Source: Eledone cirrhosa
Lineage: Eukaryota
Assembly (NCBI GenBank): GCA_964016885.1
Contig: OZ024755.1
Location: forward strand, 17,732,001 to 17,796,000
Length of the DNA stretch: 64,000 bases
Direction: 5' to 3'
Each line of letters opens with the position of its first letter. Position 1 is the stretch's first letter. The position numbers and the translations under genes were made by a program. Positions 13,029 to 24,696 of the stretch are shown here, in pieces. The notes beneath the pieces are model-generated. The model was not told where the DNA came from. It saw only the letters and a list, made by a program, of their open reading frames with translations, and searched no databases.

Positions 13029-16000
13029 CTGTGTATTATTGATGGACGTGAGAAAAAGTACTCAATACCGATACACACACACATATATATATATACACAC
13101 CACACACACACACACACATATATACACAGACACACATCTGTGTATGTGTGTTGCTGTCATTTATAATGATATTCATCAGGACTGCAACACGCAATTCCAA
13201 TAGACTAAGCAATACTTCTGAAACTGTTCTATTCTTGATGATAAGCACTGAACTGTGAATCAACATCAAAGGAATATAGTCTAAAGAATTCTATATCAAG
13301 TGGAATCTATTAAGTGCTTAACTAAGATTGAACAGTCAGTACATATTTACATTTAAACAAAGTAATAATGTATGGATATACAATGAATATGTATATGTGT
13401 GTGTATATATATATGTGTGTGTATATATATATGTGTGTGTGTATATATATATGTGTGTGTATATATATATGTGTGTGTGTATATATATATATATGTGTGT
13501 GTGTATAATATATATATAGAGAGAGAGAGAGATTTGAAAGATGTGAAGGTGGGTGCTTAGCTCATGATCATAAAGTTTTGAGGAGTTTGATCCCAGGTGT
13601 TGTATTATGTTCTTGAGCAAGACACTTTATTTTACCGTGTGGTTTAGTGGTAAGGGTATTGGAGACTTACAATCAGGATGCCAGAGGTTCAATTCCTTGG
13701 CTGTGATGTGGATTGTGTTCTTGAGAAAAAAACCTCTTTCACATTGCTCCAGTATACTCAGCTGAAAATGAGTACCAGCAATAGCTGGGGGTTTAACCCT
13801 GTAATGGTTTGGCATCCTATCCAGGATGGAGTCGTGTACTCTCAGTCACTTCACACCATAGAACTGGAGTAAACACCAGCCTGATGTGCCTCCAGGCTCA
13901 AGATAGACTTTAGACTGGGGTTTTTTTTATCTACAAAGGACTCTTTATATCATTTCCATTTCCACATCATACATGTTCTAGCATTCTTCATATGGTGGTT
14001 TTACTTCTCATTAGAATCGTTTACTACTACTACTACTACTAAATTCATCCACTTCTTTGTTGTGATATGATAGAACCTTTCTATCTCACACAATCAAGCA
14101 TTAATTGCTTCACTTCTTCACTGGATAATTCTCTATCTTCCTCAATAACTCTCTTTAATGTTTTGAGAACTCTTCTGTGTTTGTGTTTCACATTATTGGG
14201 CGCCTATAGTAAAAGCTTTGTAGCAGGTGTGCTGCCTCTCACGACATGACCTGCAAGTTGAAGACACCCGACGTGGATGGTATGGCTAACTGTGCTTCTG
14301 TTACTGTTTTGGGGTTGAGGGTCAGCTTAAGTATATATCATCATCATCATCGATTAGCGTCTATCTGCCACGTTAGCATGGATTAGACAGGTTTGTCCCT
14401 TTTAGAGACAAGTTGGGTCAGGTGACCATGTCTCGCTCATATAGGAGAGTTTCTGGTTAATTTTCTACAGCTGGATGCCCTTCCTAACACCAATATATAT
14501 ATATATAGATATATATATATTTAATACATTAACAGAGAAAGCTTTAAGCAATACTCCGACCGGCTTCCGTCTCACTCAACAAACATTAGGATATACCTTA
14601 GTATAATCCCAATTATGCGTTTGGGGTGCTAACTATACGTATTTTGCGGATAGCCAGTTGTATTATTTTATATGAGACATAATTAAAATATATCTCTGGG
14701 TAATTGCTGGCCTTGTGCCTAAAATAGAAACAATTATTATTATTAACCCTTTAGCATTCAAACCGGCCATATCTGGCCAGATATGTCTCACCTCTTTCTG
14801 TTCAAACCGGCTGTAACTGGCCGCTTATATTGATGTTGAGGTATTGTTCTCAAAATAAATAACATCAAAATCTCATAGATTCGATATTATGTGAGTTAAT
14901 TATATAAGATAATGTGTTTACAACAAAAATACGATAGTATATATAGAGTAATGTGAATGCTAAAGGGTTAACTCATGTTTTTTTATCACCAATACGAGAC
15001 TAAGAAAGAAATTAAAACATGATCATACTAACATATTTAGAGTCAATAGAAAATCAGTGTAGTAAAAACCAATTCACAAGTATATTGAAACTAATTATTG
15101 GAGGGGCTTAAACCCCAAAAGCCACTTAGTGCCAGATGGCTTGGCTAATGGCTAATTCTGTGTGTGAGTGTCCATGTGCACGTGAATGTGTTTGTCTGAG
15201 CTTGTGTGCATGTGACAATGTTTGCATGTGCATATGTCAGTATGTATGTGTGTGTGTGTATAATTTAACAAAGAAGTATGCCATCATGCCCACCACCCAT
15301 GCATCCCTTTGTCTAATCAGAGACACCCAGTTGCCTCAATTAAAAGAGGAAGCCATTAGTTATGTTTAGAATGAAGACAAATATTTGAACCGTGTTGCTG
15401 TTGCTGCTGCTGTGTTTATTGAACAGTGTGTAGCTATTGTGTTGGGTGATTGGAATATATTTGTGTCCCTGTCAAATACCAACAGTATATATAGGAGGAG
15501 ATTGGACATTTCTGAATGGTTACTGTGATGCTACGTGATAGGAATATAGTGGAACAGGTTAATGGAATTTACACTCAGTTATCATCATCATCATCATCAT
15601 AGTAGTCATCATCATCATAATAGTAATAATAGTTTCTGATTTAGGCGCAAGACAAACAATTTTGGTTGAGAGAGGAAAGTCAATAAAATCAATCCCAGTG
15701 CATTACTGGTACTTTATTTTATTGACCGAGTAAGCATGAAAGACAAAGTTAACCTCGGCAGGGTTTGAACTCAGGCTGTAAAGGGCCGTAACTCTATGCT
15801 GTAAAACATGGTGTCTGACCCTTTAGCGATACAAGCACAATTTGGTCATAACTAGATGAAGAATTATCAGAGATATTTGCCAGCTTTGTGTCACCAGTGA
15901 CTTTACAGAGTGTACTGGGAGATTGTTAAGGATGAAAGACAAAGTTAACCTCAGCAGGGTTTGAACTCATAACGTAAAGGGTCATAACTCTATGCCACAA

Positions 16001-19000
16001 AGCATTGTGTTTGACACTCTACCGATACTGCCAATAATAATAATTGTTTCTACTTTTGGCACAAGGCCAGCAATTACCCAGTACATTACTGGTACTTTAT
16101 TTTATCTACCCCGTATGGATGAAAGGCAAAGTTAACCTCGGCGGGATTTGAACTCAGATCATAAAGGGACGTAACTCTATGCTGGAAAGCATGTCCGACC
16201 CTCTACCGATACTGCCAATGATCACCATCATTATCACCGTCATCATTGGCAGCAGCAGCATCATCATCATCATCATCATCATAACAATAGTAATTATCAT
16301 CACCATCATCATCATCACCATTATGATTGTCAACGGTGGCAGTGTCATCATCATCATCGTCTCTACCTCTACCACCACTCTCATACACCACCTTTTCACC
16401 ATGGTATGGCCACAACAGATTGTCACAGTCCAAGACTTGATGGGTTTAGGAAACCCATCTTGCTCATCTGATCCATATTTCGGCATGGTTTTATGGCTGG
16501 CTGCTCTTCTAACTAAAAACTTTACCGAGTGTACAGAGTGCATCTTATTGTGGCACCAGCATTACCACTTCACAGTGTGTGCAGTGTGCATTTTATTATA
16601 GCACAGGCTCTACAGCCCTACAGATTGGAGTGGGTATATTTTATCATGGCACCACCACCACCACTATCACTTTACAGACTGTACTGGGTTCATTTTATCA
16701 TGGCACCACCACTATCACTTTACAGACTGTACTGGGTTCATTTTATCATGGCACCACCACTATCACTTTACAGACTGTACTGGGTTCATTTTATCATGGC
16801 ACCACCACCACCACTATCACTTTACAGACTGTACTGGGTTCATTTTATCATGGCACCACCACCACCACTATCACTTTACAGACTGCACTGGGTTCATTTT
16901 ATCATGACACCACCACCACCACTATCACTTTACAGACTGTACTGGGTTCATTTTATCATGACACCACCACCACTATCACTTTACAGACTGTACTGGGTAC
17001 ATTTTATCATGACACCACCACCACTATCACTTTACAGACTGTACTGGGTTCATTTTATCATGACACCACCACCACTATCACTTTACAGACTGTACTGGGT
17101 TCATTTTATCATGACACCACCACCACTATCACTTTACAGACTGTACTGGGTACATTTTATCATGGTACCACCATTACCACGTTACAGAGTGTACTGGGTA
17201 CATTTTATTGTGGACCAGTACTACCACTTTACAGTGTACTGGGTGCATTTTATTGTGGGCACCAGTACTACAGAGTTTGTCCTGTATTCAGCAAGATTGA
17301 AGAGTATTCTCTACCCTATATTATCCCAGCCTCTTTGCAGCCAATTACTTTGGTCTTTAAAAAAAGTATATTTATTTCTCCCTCTTTTATAAACTCTATT
17401 GTAAAGCATAGTCATAAAATAGTGGCCCTCAACTACCAAATTAATCTTGATATAGCATAGGATCTAGATTCATGGATGGCTCTCAGATGTTTGATCATCA
17501 TCACCATCATCATTACATTCATTTTTCCAAGCTCACATGGGTTGAACAGGTCCTTTTCAGCACAGTATCTCTCCATGTGTTGTGTTCCTTCGTTATCTCC
17601 TCTGTGAGTCAAAACCATTTCTTCATTTATGTGCATCACATGCCCGTACCAACACAGTCCACTCTCATACACAACACTTCAAATTTCTTTAAAACCCAAT
17701 TGCTCCCTCAGTTCATCCAAGCTCTATTTGTATCAACTGTTTGTTTGAACACAATACTTCAGATTCCTCAGAAGCTTAGTTTCTCCCTCATTTCATTCAA
17801 GCTTTACCTGTATTAACTGTTTGTTTTTAAACAGAGTAAACTAATTCACTACAATAATGAACACGCCTATGTGTACGCAGGTGTTTTTATAAAACTTTAA
17901 TCTTTTTTCAGAGGAGTTCTGAATGGCAAACAGAGTTTCAGTTATTTACCTCAGGTGCAAAAATTTGTCCATTAAATGCCAAGGTAACTATCTGTTTGAT
18001 TGAATTTTATCTTATTTGATTGAATTTTACCTTTCATTACCATATTTCTAATGAAAGACACTGTCTATGTCATTAACCCCTTCATTACCATATTTCTAAT
18101 GATAGACACTACCTATGTCATTAACCCCTTCATTACCATATTTCTAATGATAGACACTACCTATGTCATTAACCCCTTCATTACCATATTTCTAATGATA
18201 GACACTACCTATGTCATTAACCCCTTCATTACCATATTTCTAATGATAGACACTACCTATGTCATTAACCCCTTCATTACCATATTTCTAATGATAGACA
18301 CTACCTATGTCATTAACCCCTTCATTACCATATTTCTAATGATAGACACTACCTATGTCATTAACCCCTTCATTACCATATTTCTAATGAAAGACACTAC
18401 CTATGTCATTAACCCCTTCATTACCATATTGCCAACTCTCTCTCACACACATACACACTCTCTCTCACACACATGTAAAAACTGTGCATTTTATGCTGAT
18501 ACTATATATATATAGTATCAGCACACATACACCATCATTCTTTCTCTCTCATATACCAATTTAAATATGACTGTTAGTAGGTCCTCTATATACTCCTGCA
18601 AACAAAATAAATACTTTAACCCGTTAGCATTTAAACCGCCCATATCCGACCAGAATTCTCTCACCTCTTTCTGTTCAAACTGGCTGTAACCTGCCATTCT
18701 TACTGATGTTAAGGTACTGTTCTCAAAATAAATAACATCAAAATCTCATAGATTCGATATCATGTGAGATAAATCCTTTACTGTGAAAATACAATAGTAT
18801 ATATAGAGTAATATGAATGCTAAAGGGTTAGATATAGTACATAATTAGTACATAATAGATATAGTACATAATTAGACCTTGGTACATAATTAGTGAAATG
18901 AAATATTTAACCCAACTCTGTTGTTTATATTTAAGATACATTACAATATTGGTAAAGTTCTTGGAGATGCTGGACAAGTTCAGATGGCAATTGACAAATA

Positions 19001-22000
19001 CTATGAAGCAATAAGGTCAGTTGTACTTTTGTTATTGTTGTTGTTATTTAATAGTGGGTGGAAAATGGACGTTAAACGATGATGATGATGATGATGATGA
19101 AGCACGTGGCCTAGTGGTAAGGGTGTTGGACTTACAATCATAATGTCATGGGTTTGATTCTTGAGCTGTGTTATGTTCTTGAGCAAAACACTTCATTTCA
19201 TGTTGCTCCAGTATACTCACCTGTAAATGAGTAGCTGCGGGTTTAACCCTACAATGGACTAGTGTCCTGTCCAGGAAGAAGTCTTGTACTCTGTCACTTC
19301 ACACCATGAAACCGGGATAAGCACTGACCTAATGAGCTTTCTGGCTTAAGACAGAATTAAACTTAGATTTAATAGGGTCACCAAATTGGTAGAGTACCAG
19401 AAAAAATATCTGTGCTGTATATACTTATGTCTGTTAACATTCTGAGTTCAAATGAACCCAAACCTGGAATTCTTCTCTTTGTTTTTGTTAAATACTGAAG
19501 TTAGTATAATTTGTATGTAGGTCCCCATTTGCTCACAATAGTGAAAGATGGGGAGAGGGGGAGAGATATAGACAGTGATAGTGGGAGTTTGGTTCTTTTG
19601 TGTTCAGAACTGGTGTATATATGAGTAACTATTTAATCGAGCCTACTGACTGCTCGGATGGGCTGAATGGTCACATCTTGATTAACCCTTTAGCATTTAC
19701 ATTACTCTATATATACTCTTGTATTTTTGTGGTTAAGGCTTTACCTCTCATAATTATCTCAAATAATATCGAATCTATGAGATTTTGATATTATTTATTT
19801 TGAGAACAATACCTTAACATCAGTATGAGTGGCTGGTTACAGCTGGTTTGAATAGAAGGAGGTGATAGAATTCTGACTGGATATGGCCGGTTTAAATGCT
19901 AAAGGGTTAAATATGTTCCTGCACTTTACAGAGTGTATTGGATTGGCTGTAGCTTCCTTTCTACCTTAACTGGTACACAGGAGAATTTCTAGGTCTGTGT
20001 ACCAGGGAGTGGTAACACTACTGTGAAAAGGCACACACTCCTCACACACACTTTATTTAATCTGTCCTTGTAATGTGACTACAATGATCTGACTAACCCA
20101 TGCCAGCATGGTCAACAGACATTAAATGATAACATGTCCTGTGCACTTGGTAGAATATTTGACTGTACATAAACGAAACAACAGACCCCTACCAGCCTGT
20201 CCAGGAGATCAGCAATGTAGACCCATCCAACCCTTGCTAGTAGGGAAATTGGATGTTAAAATGATAATGATGATAATATGAATTCACTATGAAAAAGTGT
20301 GATATTTCTATAATTTTGTTTTTAAATCTAGACTATATCCAGGTGTGTAATATTTCTATAATTTTGTTATTAAATCTAGATTATATCCAGATGTGTGATA
20401 TTTCTATAATTGTGTTATTAAATCTAGACTATATTCAGGTGTGTGATATTTCTATAATCGTATTATTAAATCTAGACTATATCCAGGTGTGTGATATTTC
20501 TATAAGTGTGTTATTAAATCTAGACTATATCCAGATGTGTGATATTTCTATAATTGTGTTATTAAATCTAGACTATATCCAGGTGTGTGATATTTCTATA
20601 ATTTTGTTTTTAAATCTAGACTATATCCAGGTGTGTGATATTTCTATAATTTTGTTTTTAAATCTAGACTATATCCAGGTGTGTGATATTTCTATAATTT
20701 TGTTTTTAAATCTAGACTATATCCAGGTGTGTGATATTTCTATAATTTTGTTTTTAAATCTAGACTATATCCAGAGTATGATCAAGCTATGAATAATCTT
20801 GCCAATATTTTAAAAGATCAAGGACAGGAAGAAGAAGCTGTGAAATTATTAACAAAAGCTATTGAAATCAGGTGAGTTTAAATCTTTTATGGATGCCAAG
20901 GTTTTCATTGTTTTTCCATCCATGTGACTGGCCTACTGTCCGGGGCACGTGTGGAAAATAGACATTTAACAACAATAGGGGTGAGGGCAATGGATTGGCA
21001 GTATTGGTAGAGCATCAGACTTTGTGGCATATAGTTACGTCCCTTTACGTTCTAAGTTCAAATCCTGCTGAGGTTAGCTTTGCCTTTCATCCTTACAGGG
21101 TCATCAGTCACACACTCGGGCCAATTTAATCTCCTTTCTCCTCCTTCAAAATTGTTGGCCTTGTGCCTAAATCAGAAACCATTCATGTATATTTGCTTTT
21201 TCCTTCATTCACAGACCTTCCTTCTTCACGGCCTGGATGAACCTAGGTATAGTCAAGGCATCGCAGAAGAAGTATGAGGAAGCTTTATATAGTTATCGTA
21301 CAGCCATCCACCACCGTCGGAACTATCCAGACTGCTATTATAATATGGGAAACTGTGTAAGTGAAATCAATTCTTAGAAACGTTTACTTTCACCATTTGT
21401 ATTTGTAAAGTCAAAAGACTGGGTGCTTTTTGTTGTGACACCTACAAGACCACTTTACAGTGTGGACTGGGTGCTTTTTGTTGTGACACCTACATGACCA
21501 CTTTACAGTGTGGACTGGGTGCTTTTTGTTGTGACACCTACGTGACCACTTTATAGTGTGGACTGGGTGCTTTTTGTCATGACCACTCTACAGTGTGGAC
21601 TGGGTTCTTTTTGGCGTGACACCTACATGACCACTGTAGTAAGCTGGGCTCTTTTGTCGTGGCTCCAGCCTGGATCACTTTATAGAGGAGGTTTCACTTC
21701 ATATTAAAAGTTTATGCTATATTTTTCTTTGTTTTAGTTCTTGGATACAAAACAATATCAGTTGGCTTTACTTGCTTGGCAAAATGCAACCTTGTTGAAA
21801 CCTACACACCTAAGTTCTTGGAGTAACATGGTAATTCTGCTAGATAATATGGGTATGTGCACTTTATTTCATTTCTGCATGTTAGCATGGTGAAGAAATG
21901 GCCTTGAAAAACCTTGGACAAGCATTTTTATTTTTTTTAAAAAAACATGACAATTTCAATGGGAATGACAGCAGCCTATCTGAAGAAGGAGGCCTATGAG

Positions 22001-24502
22001 GTGGAGAGACTGATGCAGCGTGTGTCGCTGGCCATTGTCCGCTGAAATGCTTTTGCCATTTTGTCCAGGGTACACTGCTCTGACCTGGGTGTAGTCTGTC
22101 ACCCTCTCTCCTTCCTCCTTTCTTTTCCATTGCCTAATAATTCTTGCTCATTCCCTCCTTTTGCCCTCATAGTCCTTACCAATACTACTTTCTTTTTCTA
22201 TATGTTTGACTAAATATTAAATTCTTTATTATTTTCATGTAATTTTATCTTAGGAGAATACATTTGAGTATTTTGAAATAAAATAATTTTTCTATGACTA
22301 ACACCAAAAAACTTCATAGCATATTGACAGTGTAGCCAATTATTTCAAATAATGTTTTACAGAATTAAAAATAAATATAATTAAAAGTCTGAAAAGTTAT
22401 TTATATTAATGGAATAAAAATTCCTCACCAAAATGTAGACATAGAATCAATGGTAAAGTTCATGTTTGCCAATACTGTCAAAGAACTCATAGAAGTAAGG
22501 AAAGATGCATGCTTGGTATGATTAACAAACAAAAAAAAAAAGACATAAACAGTGAGACAAAATAACTATATTTGGGAGAGGTGTTTATTATAATAATAAT
22601 AATGAAATTATTGTGTACAGTGCTCAGGTGCACTACAACTCATCAAAGATGCATATATAGTACATAGAATAATGTACAAATGTCAGGAAAGTAAACAGTG
22701 TAACGTGTGCGTGTGTATGGAGGGGGAATATCAGGAGTAGTGTTGGCGAATTTCAGGAAGCATGGAGGTTTTAAAGGATGCAGTGTCTCGACAGCTAACA
22801 ACTGATGCAGGTAGTTTGTTCCATGGAGGTTTTAAAGGATGCAGTGTCTCAGCAGCTAACAACTGATGCAGGTAGTTTGTTCCATGGAGGTTTTAAAGGA
22901 TGCAGTGTCTCAGCAGCTAACAACTGATGCAGGTAGTTTGTTCCATGCTTCAGCAACTCTGAGCATGAAAAAATGTTTTCGAAAGTCATGGGAGCTGTAT
23001 TTAGGAGAGGTGTGTGGATATAGACAAAGTAACATGATTTGGGGGAGAAGTTTATAGAAAAAAGAACGACAAAAAAAAATAACTTCCAGTTGTTTATTTC
23101 AGGAAATCTAACTGCTGCTGAGACAATGTGTAATGTGGCTTTGAAACACCTTCCGGAAGAATCTATTCTTTATCTACATCTAGCAAGTATACTTGGAAAA
23201 CTCGGTCGATATCAAGAAAGTGAGCGCAACTTTTTCCTTGCAATCAAATTGAAGCCAGATACAGCCCGGTATTATCTTAATTTAGGTGAGTGAGTTTCAT
23301 TACCTTGTACTTTTTTTTTTAAATTCCATTGATATTTACTTATTAAAGTCCTGCTACCATAATAAAATGTAACCATCACACTCTGTAAAGTGGTTGATGT
23401 TAGGAAAGGCATCCAGCCATAAAAACAATGCCACAAAAGGATTGAGAAGAGGCCCGTTCAGTCATATCAAGGATATGACAACCTACCTAGTGCTGGTACC
23501 ATGATAAAATGCACCCAGTACACTCTGTAAAGTAGTTGATGTTAGGAAAGGCATCCAGCCATAGGAACCATGCTAAAAATCTAACATGGTTATTTAGTCA
23601 CTTAAAAAAACACACAAAAAAATATTATTATCATCATTTAAGTCCATATTTCCCTGCTAGCATGGGTTGAACATGTTATCACAGTGTGGTCTGGGTGTTT
23701 TTTGTTGTGTCACCTACACAACTACTTTACAATGTTGACTGGGCACTTTTTGTCATGTCACCAACATAACTACTTTACAGTGTTGACTGGGCACTTTTTG
23801 TCATGTCACCGACACAACCACTTTACAGTGTGAACTGGTGACAGGGGTGTGCATGGGAATTGAAGAGGTAGATCTAGGGTGTGGAAGTGTAAAGCAATAA
23901 TCCTTCATCTTCAACTTAAAAGAAAATACAAACCAAAACAACACAATATAATACAAGCATGAAGTTTACTAAATCCCCCCCCCCTCCCAATTAAATATAC
24001 ATATTTAACTCTTCTGATATCAACCCCAGTGTTTAACCCTTTAACATCTACATTACTCAATATATACTATTTTATTTTCATGGTAAAGGCTTTATCTCAC
24101 ATAATTATCTCACATGATATCAAATCTATGAGATTTTGATATTATCTATTTGGAGAACAATACCTTAACATTGGTATGAGTGGCCAGTTACAACCAGTTT
24201 AAACAGAAAGAGGTGAGGGAATTCTGGTCAGATATAGCCAGTTTAAATGCTAAAGGGTTAACTGATACAGAAGGATGAAATTACCTATATATAAACAAAA
24301 GATATTTGTACTGAATTAAGAAAAGTAACCAACTATTTTTTCAGGTATACTTTACCACCGATGGGGAAAATATGACAAAGCAGAAACAGCTTACAAGAAA
24401 ACACTCCTCTTAAAACCATTACAAACAAATGCCCAGGAATATCTTCAGGCGGTGCAGAAGAAACTAAAACAAGGTATTCAAGAAAAGAAAGAAGTATCTT
24501 AA
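3141..24502 (+). CDS. TMTC4: TMTC4 protein O-mannosyltransferase (transmembrane and TPR repeat protein 4), 3' part; 12 coding exons, 5' exons lie upstream of the window
   Basis: Exons 3141-3230, 4281-4442, 6803-7005, 8917-9094, 10186-10242, 17912-17983, 18936-19015, 20764-20871, 21215-21356, 21738-21852, 23103-23285, 24345-24502; all AG/GT bounded and phase-compatible. Motifs [83 protein letters not shown] and ILYHRWG match TMTC4 as recalled. Confidence 0.95.
3275..3702. repeat. 30-bp minisatellite with 60-bp higher-order unit
   Basis: TATAGATATATCTTGTGGTATACCAC variants just after exon 3141-3230. Confidence 0.88.
3705..3920 (-). mobile_element. RTE-type LINE 3' end
   Basis: RPRGR...WLDNI-like C-terminus with (GAA)n tail; second copy on the + strand at ~51460-51650. 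Confidence 0.6.
4281..4442 (+). CDS. TMTC4: TMTC4 exon (KVPSWWKS...[22 protein letters not shown]...LR)
   Basis: tttcag|AAA...AGA|gtaagt; DNP motif. Confidence 0.93.
5958..6286 (-). mobile_element. tRNA-derived SINE family A
   Basis: Reverse complement of the 43625-43965 family. Confidence 0.85.
6803..7005 (+). CDS. TMTC4: TMTC4 exon ([31 protein letters not shown]...)
   Basis: ttatag|TCC...AAGAG|gtaatt; TMTC (DUF1736) motif LCFDWSMG. Confidence 0.95.
8575..8830. repeat. 14-bp minisatellite (CATTGTTGATCYGT)
   Basis: Direct inspection. Confidence 0.85.
8917..9094 (+). CDS. TMTC4: TMTC4 exon ([29 protein letters not shown])
   Basis: tggcag|G...AAG|gtaatg; conserved TMTC motif. Confidence 0.95.
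9539..10148. mobile_element. piggyBac-type MITE interrupted by a full-length SINE (9733-10122)
   Basis: MITE halves flank a tRNA-head SINE; ends 37 bp before TMTC4 exon 10186. Confidence 0.8.
10186..10242 (+). CDS. TMTC4: TMTC4 exon ([19 protein letters not shown])
   Basis: tttcag|GTT...CAG|gtaagt; last TM helix. Confidence 0.88.
14743..14971. mobile_element. piggyBac-type MITE (~220 bp; about 12 copies in window)
   Basis: TTAA|CCCTTTAGCAT...ATGCTAAAGGG|TTAA; other copies near 7186, 9539, 18617, 19682, 24033, 28496, 44041, 48540, 48745, 53400, 60540. Confidence 0.85.
16520..17270 (-). repeat. 48-54-bp minisatellite from the SINE-A internal unit
   Basis: TTACAGACTGTACTGGGTTCATTTTATCATG(G/A)CACC(ACC)nACTATCAC. 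Confidence 0.92.
17495..17790 (-). mobile_element. RTE-like LINE 3' fragment
   Basis: L(C)WYGHVM motif, (GAT)n tail; related piece at ~30850-31120. Confidence 0.55.
17912..17983 (+). CDS. TMTC4: TMTC4 exon ([24 protein letters not shown])
   Basis: tttcag|AGG...AAG|gtaact. Confidence 0.93.
18025..18430. repeat. 48-bp tandem array of a piggyBac-type MITE terminus, ~8 copies
   Basis: TTAACCCCTTCATTACCATATTTCTAATGATAGACACTACCTATGTCA; matches the end of the 50159-50590 element and the copy at 4820. Confidence 0.9.
18936..19015 (+). CDS. TMTC4: TMTC4 TPR exon ([27 protein letters not shown])
   Basis: tttaag|ATA...AAG|gtcagt. Confidence 0.92.
20296..20774 (+). repeat. 48-bp tandem array of TMTC4 splice acceptor + 11 exonic nt, 10 copies
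   Basis: GTGTGTGATATTTCTATAATTTTGTTTTTAAATCTAG|ACTATATCCAG; the last copy is the real exon start. Confidence 0.95.
20764..20871 (+). CDS. TMTC4: TMTC4 TPR exon ([35 protein letters not shown])
   Basis: atctag|ACT...CAG|gtgagt; acceptor is tandemly amplified upstream. Confidence 0.92.
21215..21356 (+). CDS. TMTC4: TMTC4 TPR exon ([13 protein letters not shown]...[14 protein letters not shown])
   Basis: tcacag|ACC...TGT|gtaagt. Confidence 0.94.
21738..21852 (+). CDS. TMTC4: TMTC4 TPR exon ([38 protein letters not shown])
   Basis: ttttag|TTC...ATGG|gtatgt. Confidence 0.94.
22590..22998 (-). mobile_element. CR1-type LINE 3' end with internal 3 x 61-bp duplication
   Basis: Encodes [25 protein letters not shown]; (ATT)n tail; repeat units start at 22761, 22822, 22883. 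Confidence 0.8.
23103..23285 (+). CDS. TMTC4: TMTC4 TPR exon ([10 protein letters not shown]...[23 protein letters not shown])
   Basis: tttcag|GAA...TTAG|gtgagt. Confidence 0.94.
24345..24502 (+). CDS. TMTC4: TMTC4 last coding exon ([14 protein letters not shown]...KKEVS*)
   Basis: tttcag|GT; TAA at 24500-24502. Confidence 0.93.
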
Positions 24503-24638
24503 AAAATCTCTTGAGAGGGCTCATTTCTGTATCATTGCATCTTACATCCAAATCTGATAGAACTTCTATTTTTACAAGACCCTACCAAAGAAATATTATT
24601 TCACCCGTTATAGCATATGTGAATGTCCAGAGTTTACA

Positions 24639-24644
24639 AATAAA
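24639..24644 (+). terminator. Candidate polyadenylation signal of TMTC4
   Basis: AATAAA 137 nt after the stop, followed by T-rich sequence. Confidence 0.5.
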
Positions 24645-24696
24645 ATTTATTCATTTTGATTTGTTATATATATTTTTATACAAAAATTTTCATTTT

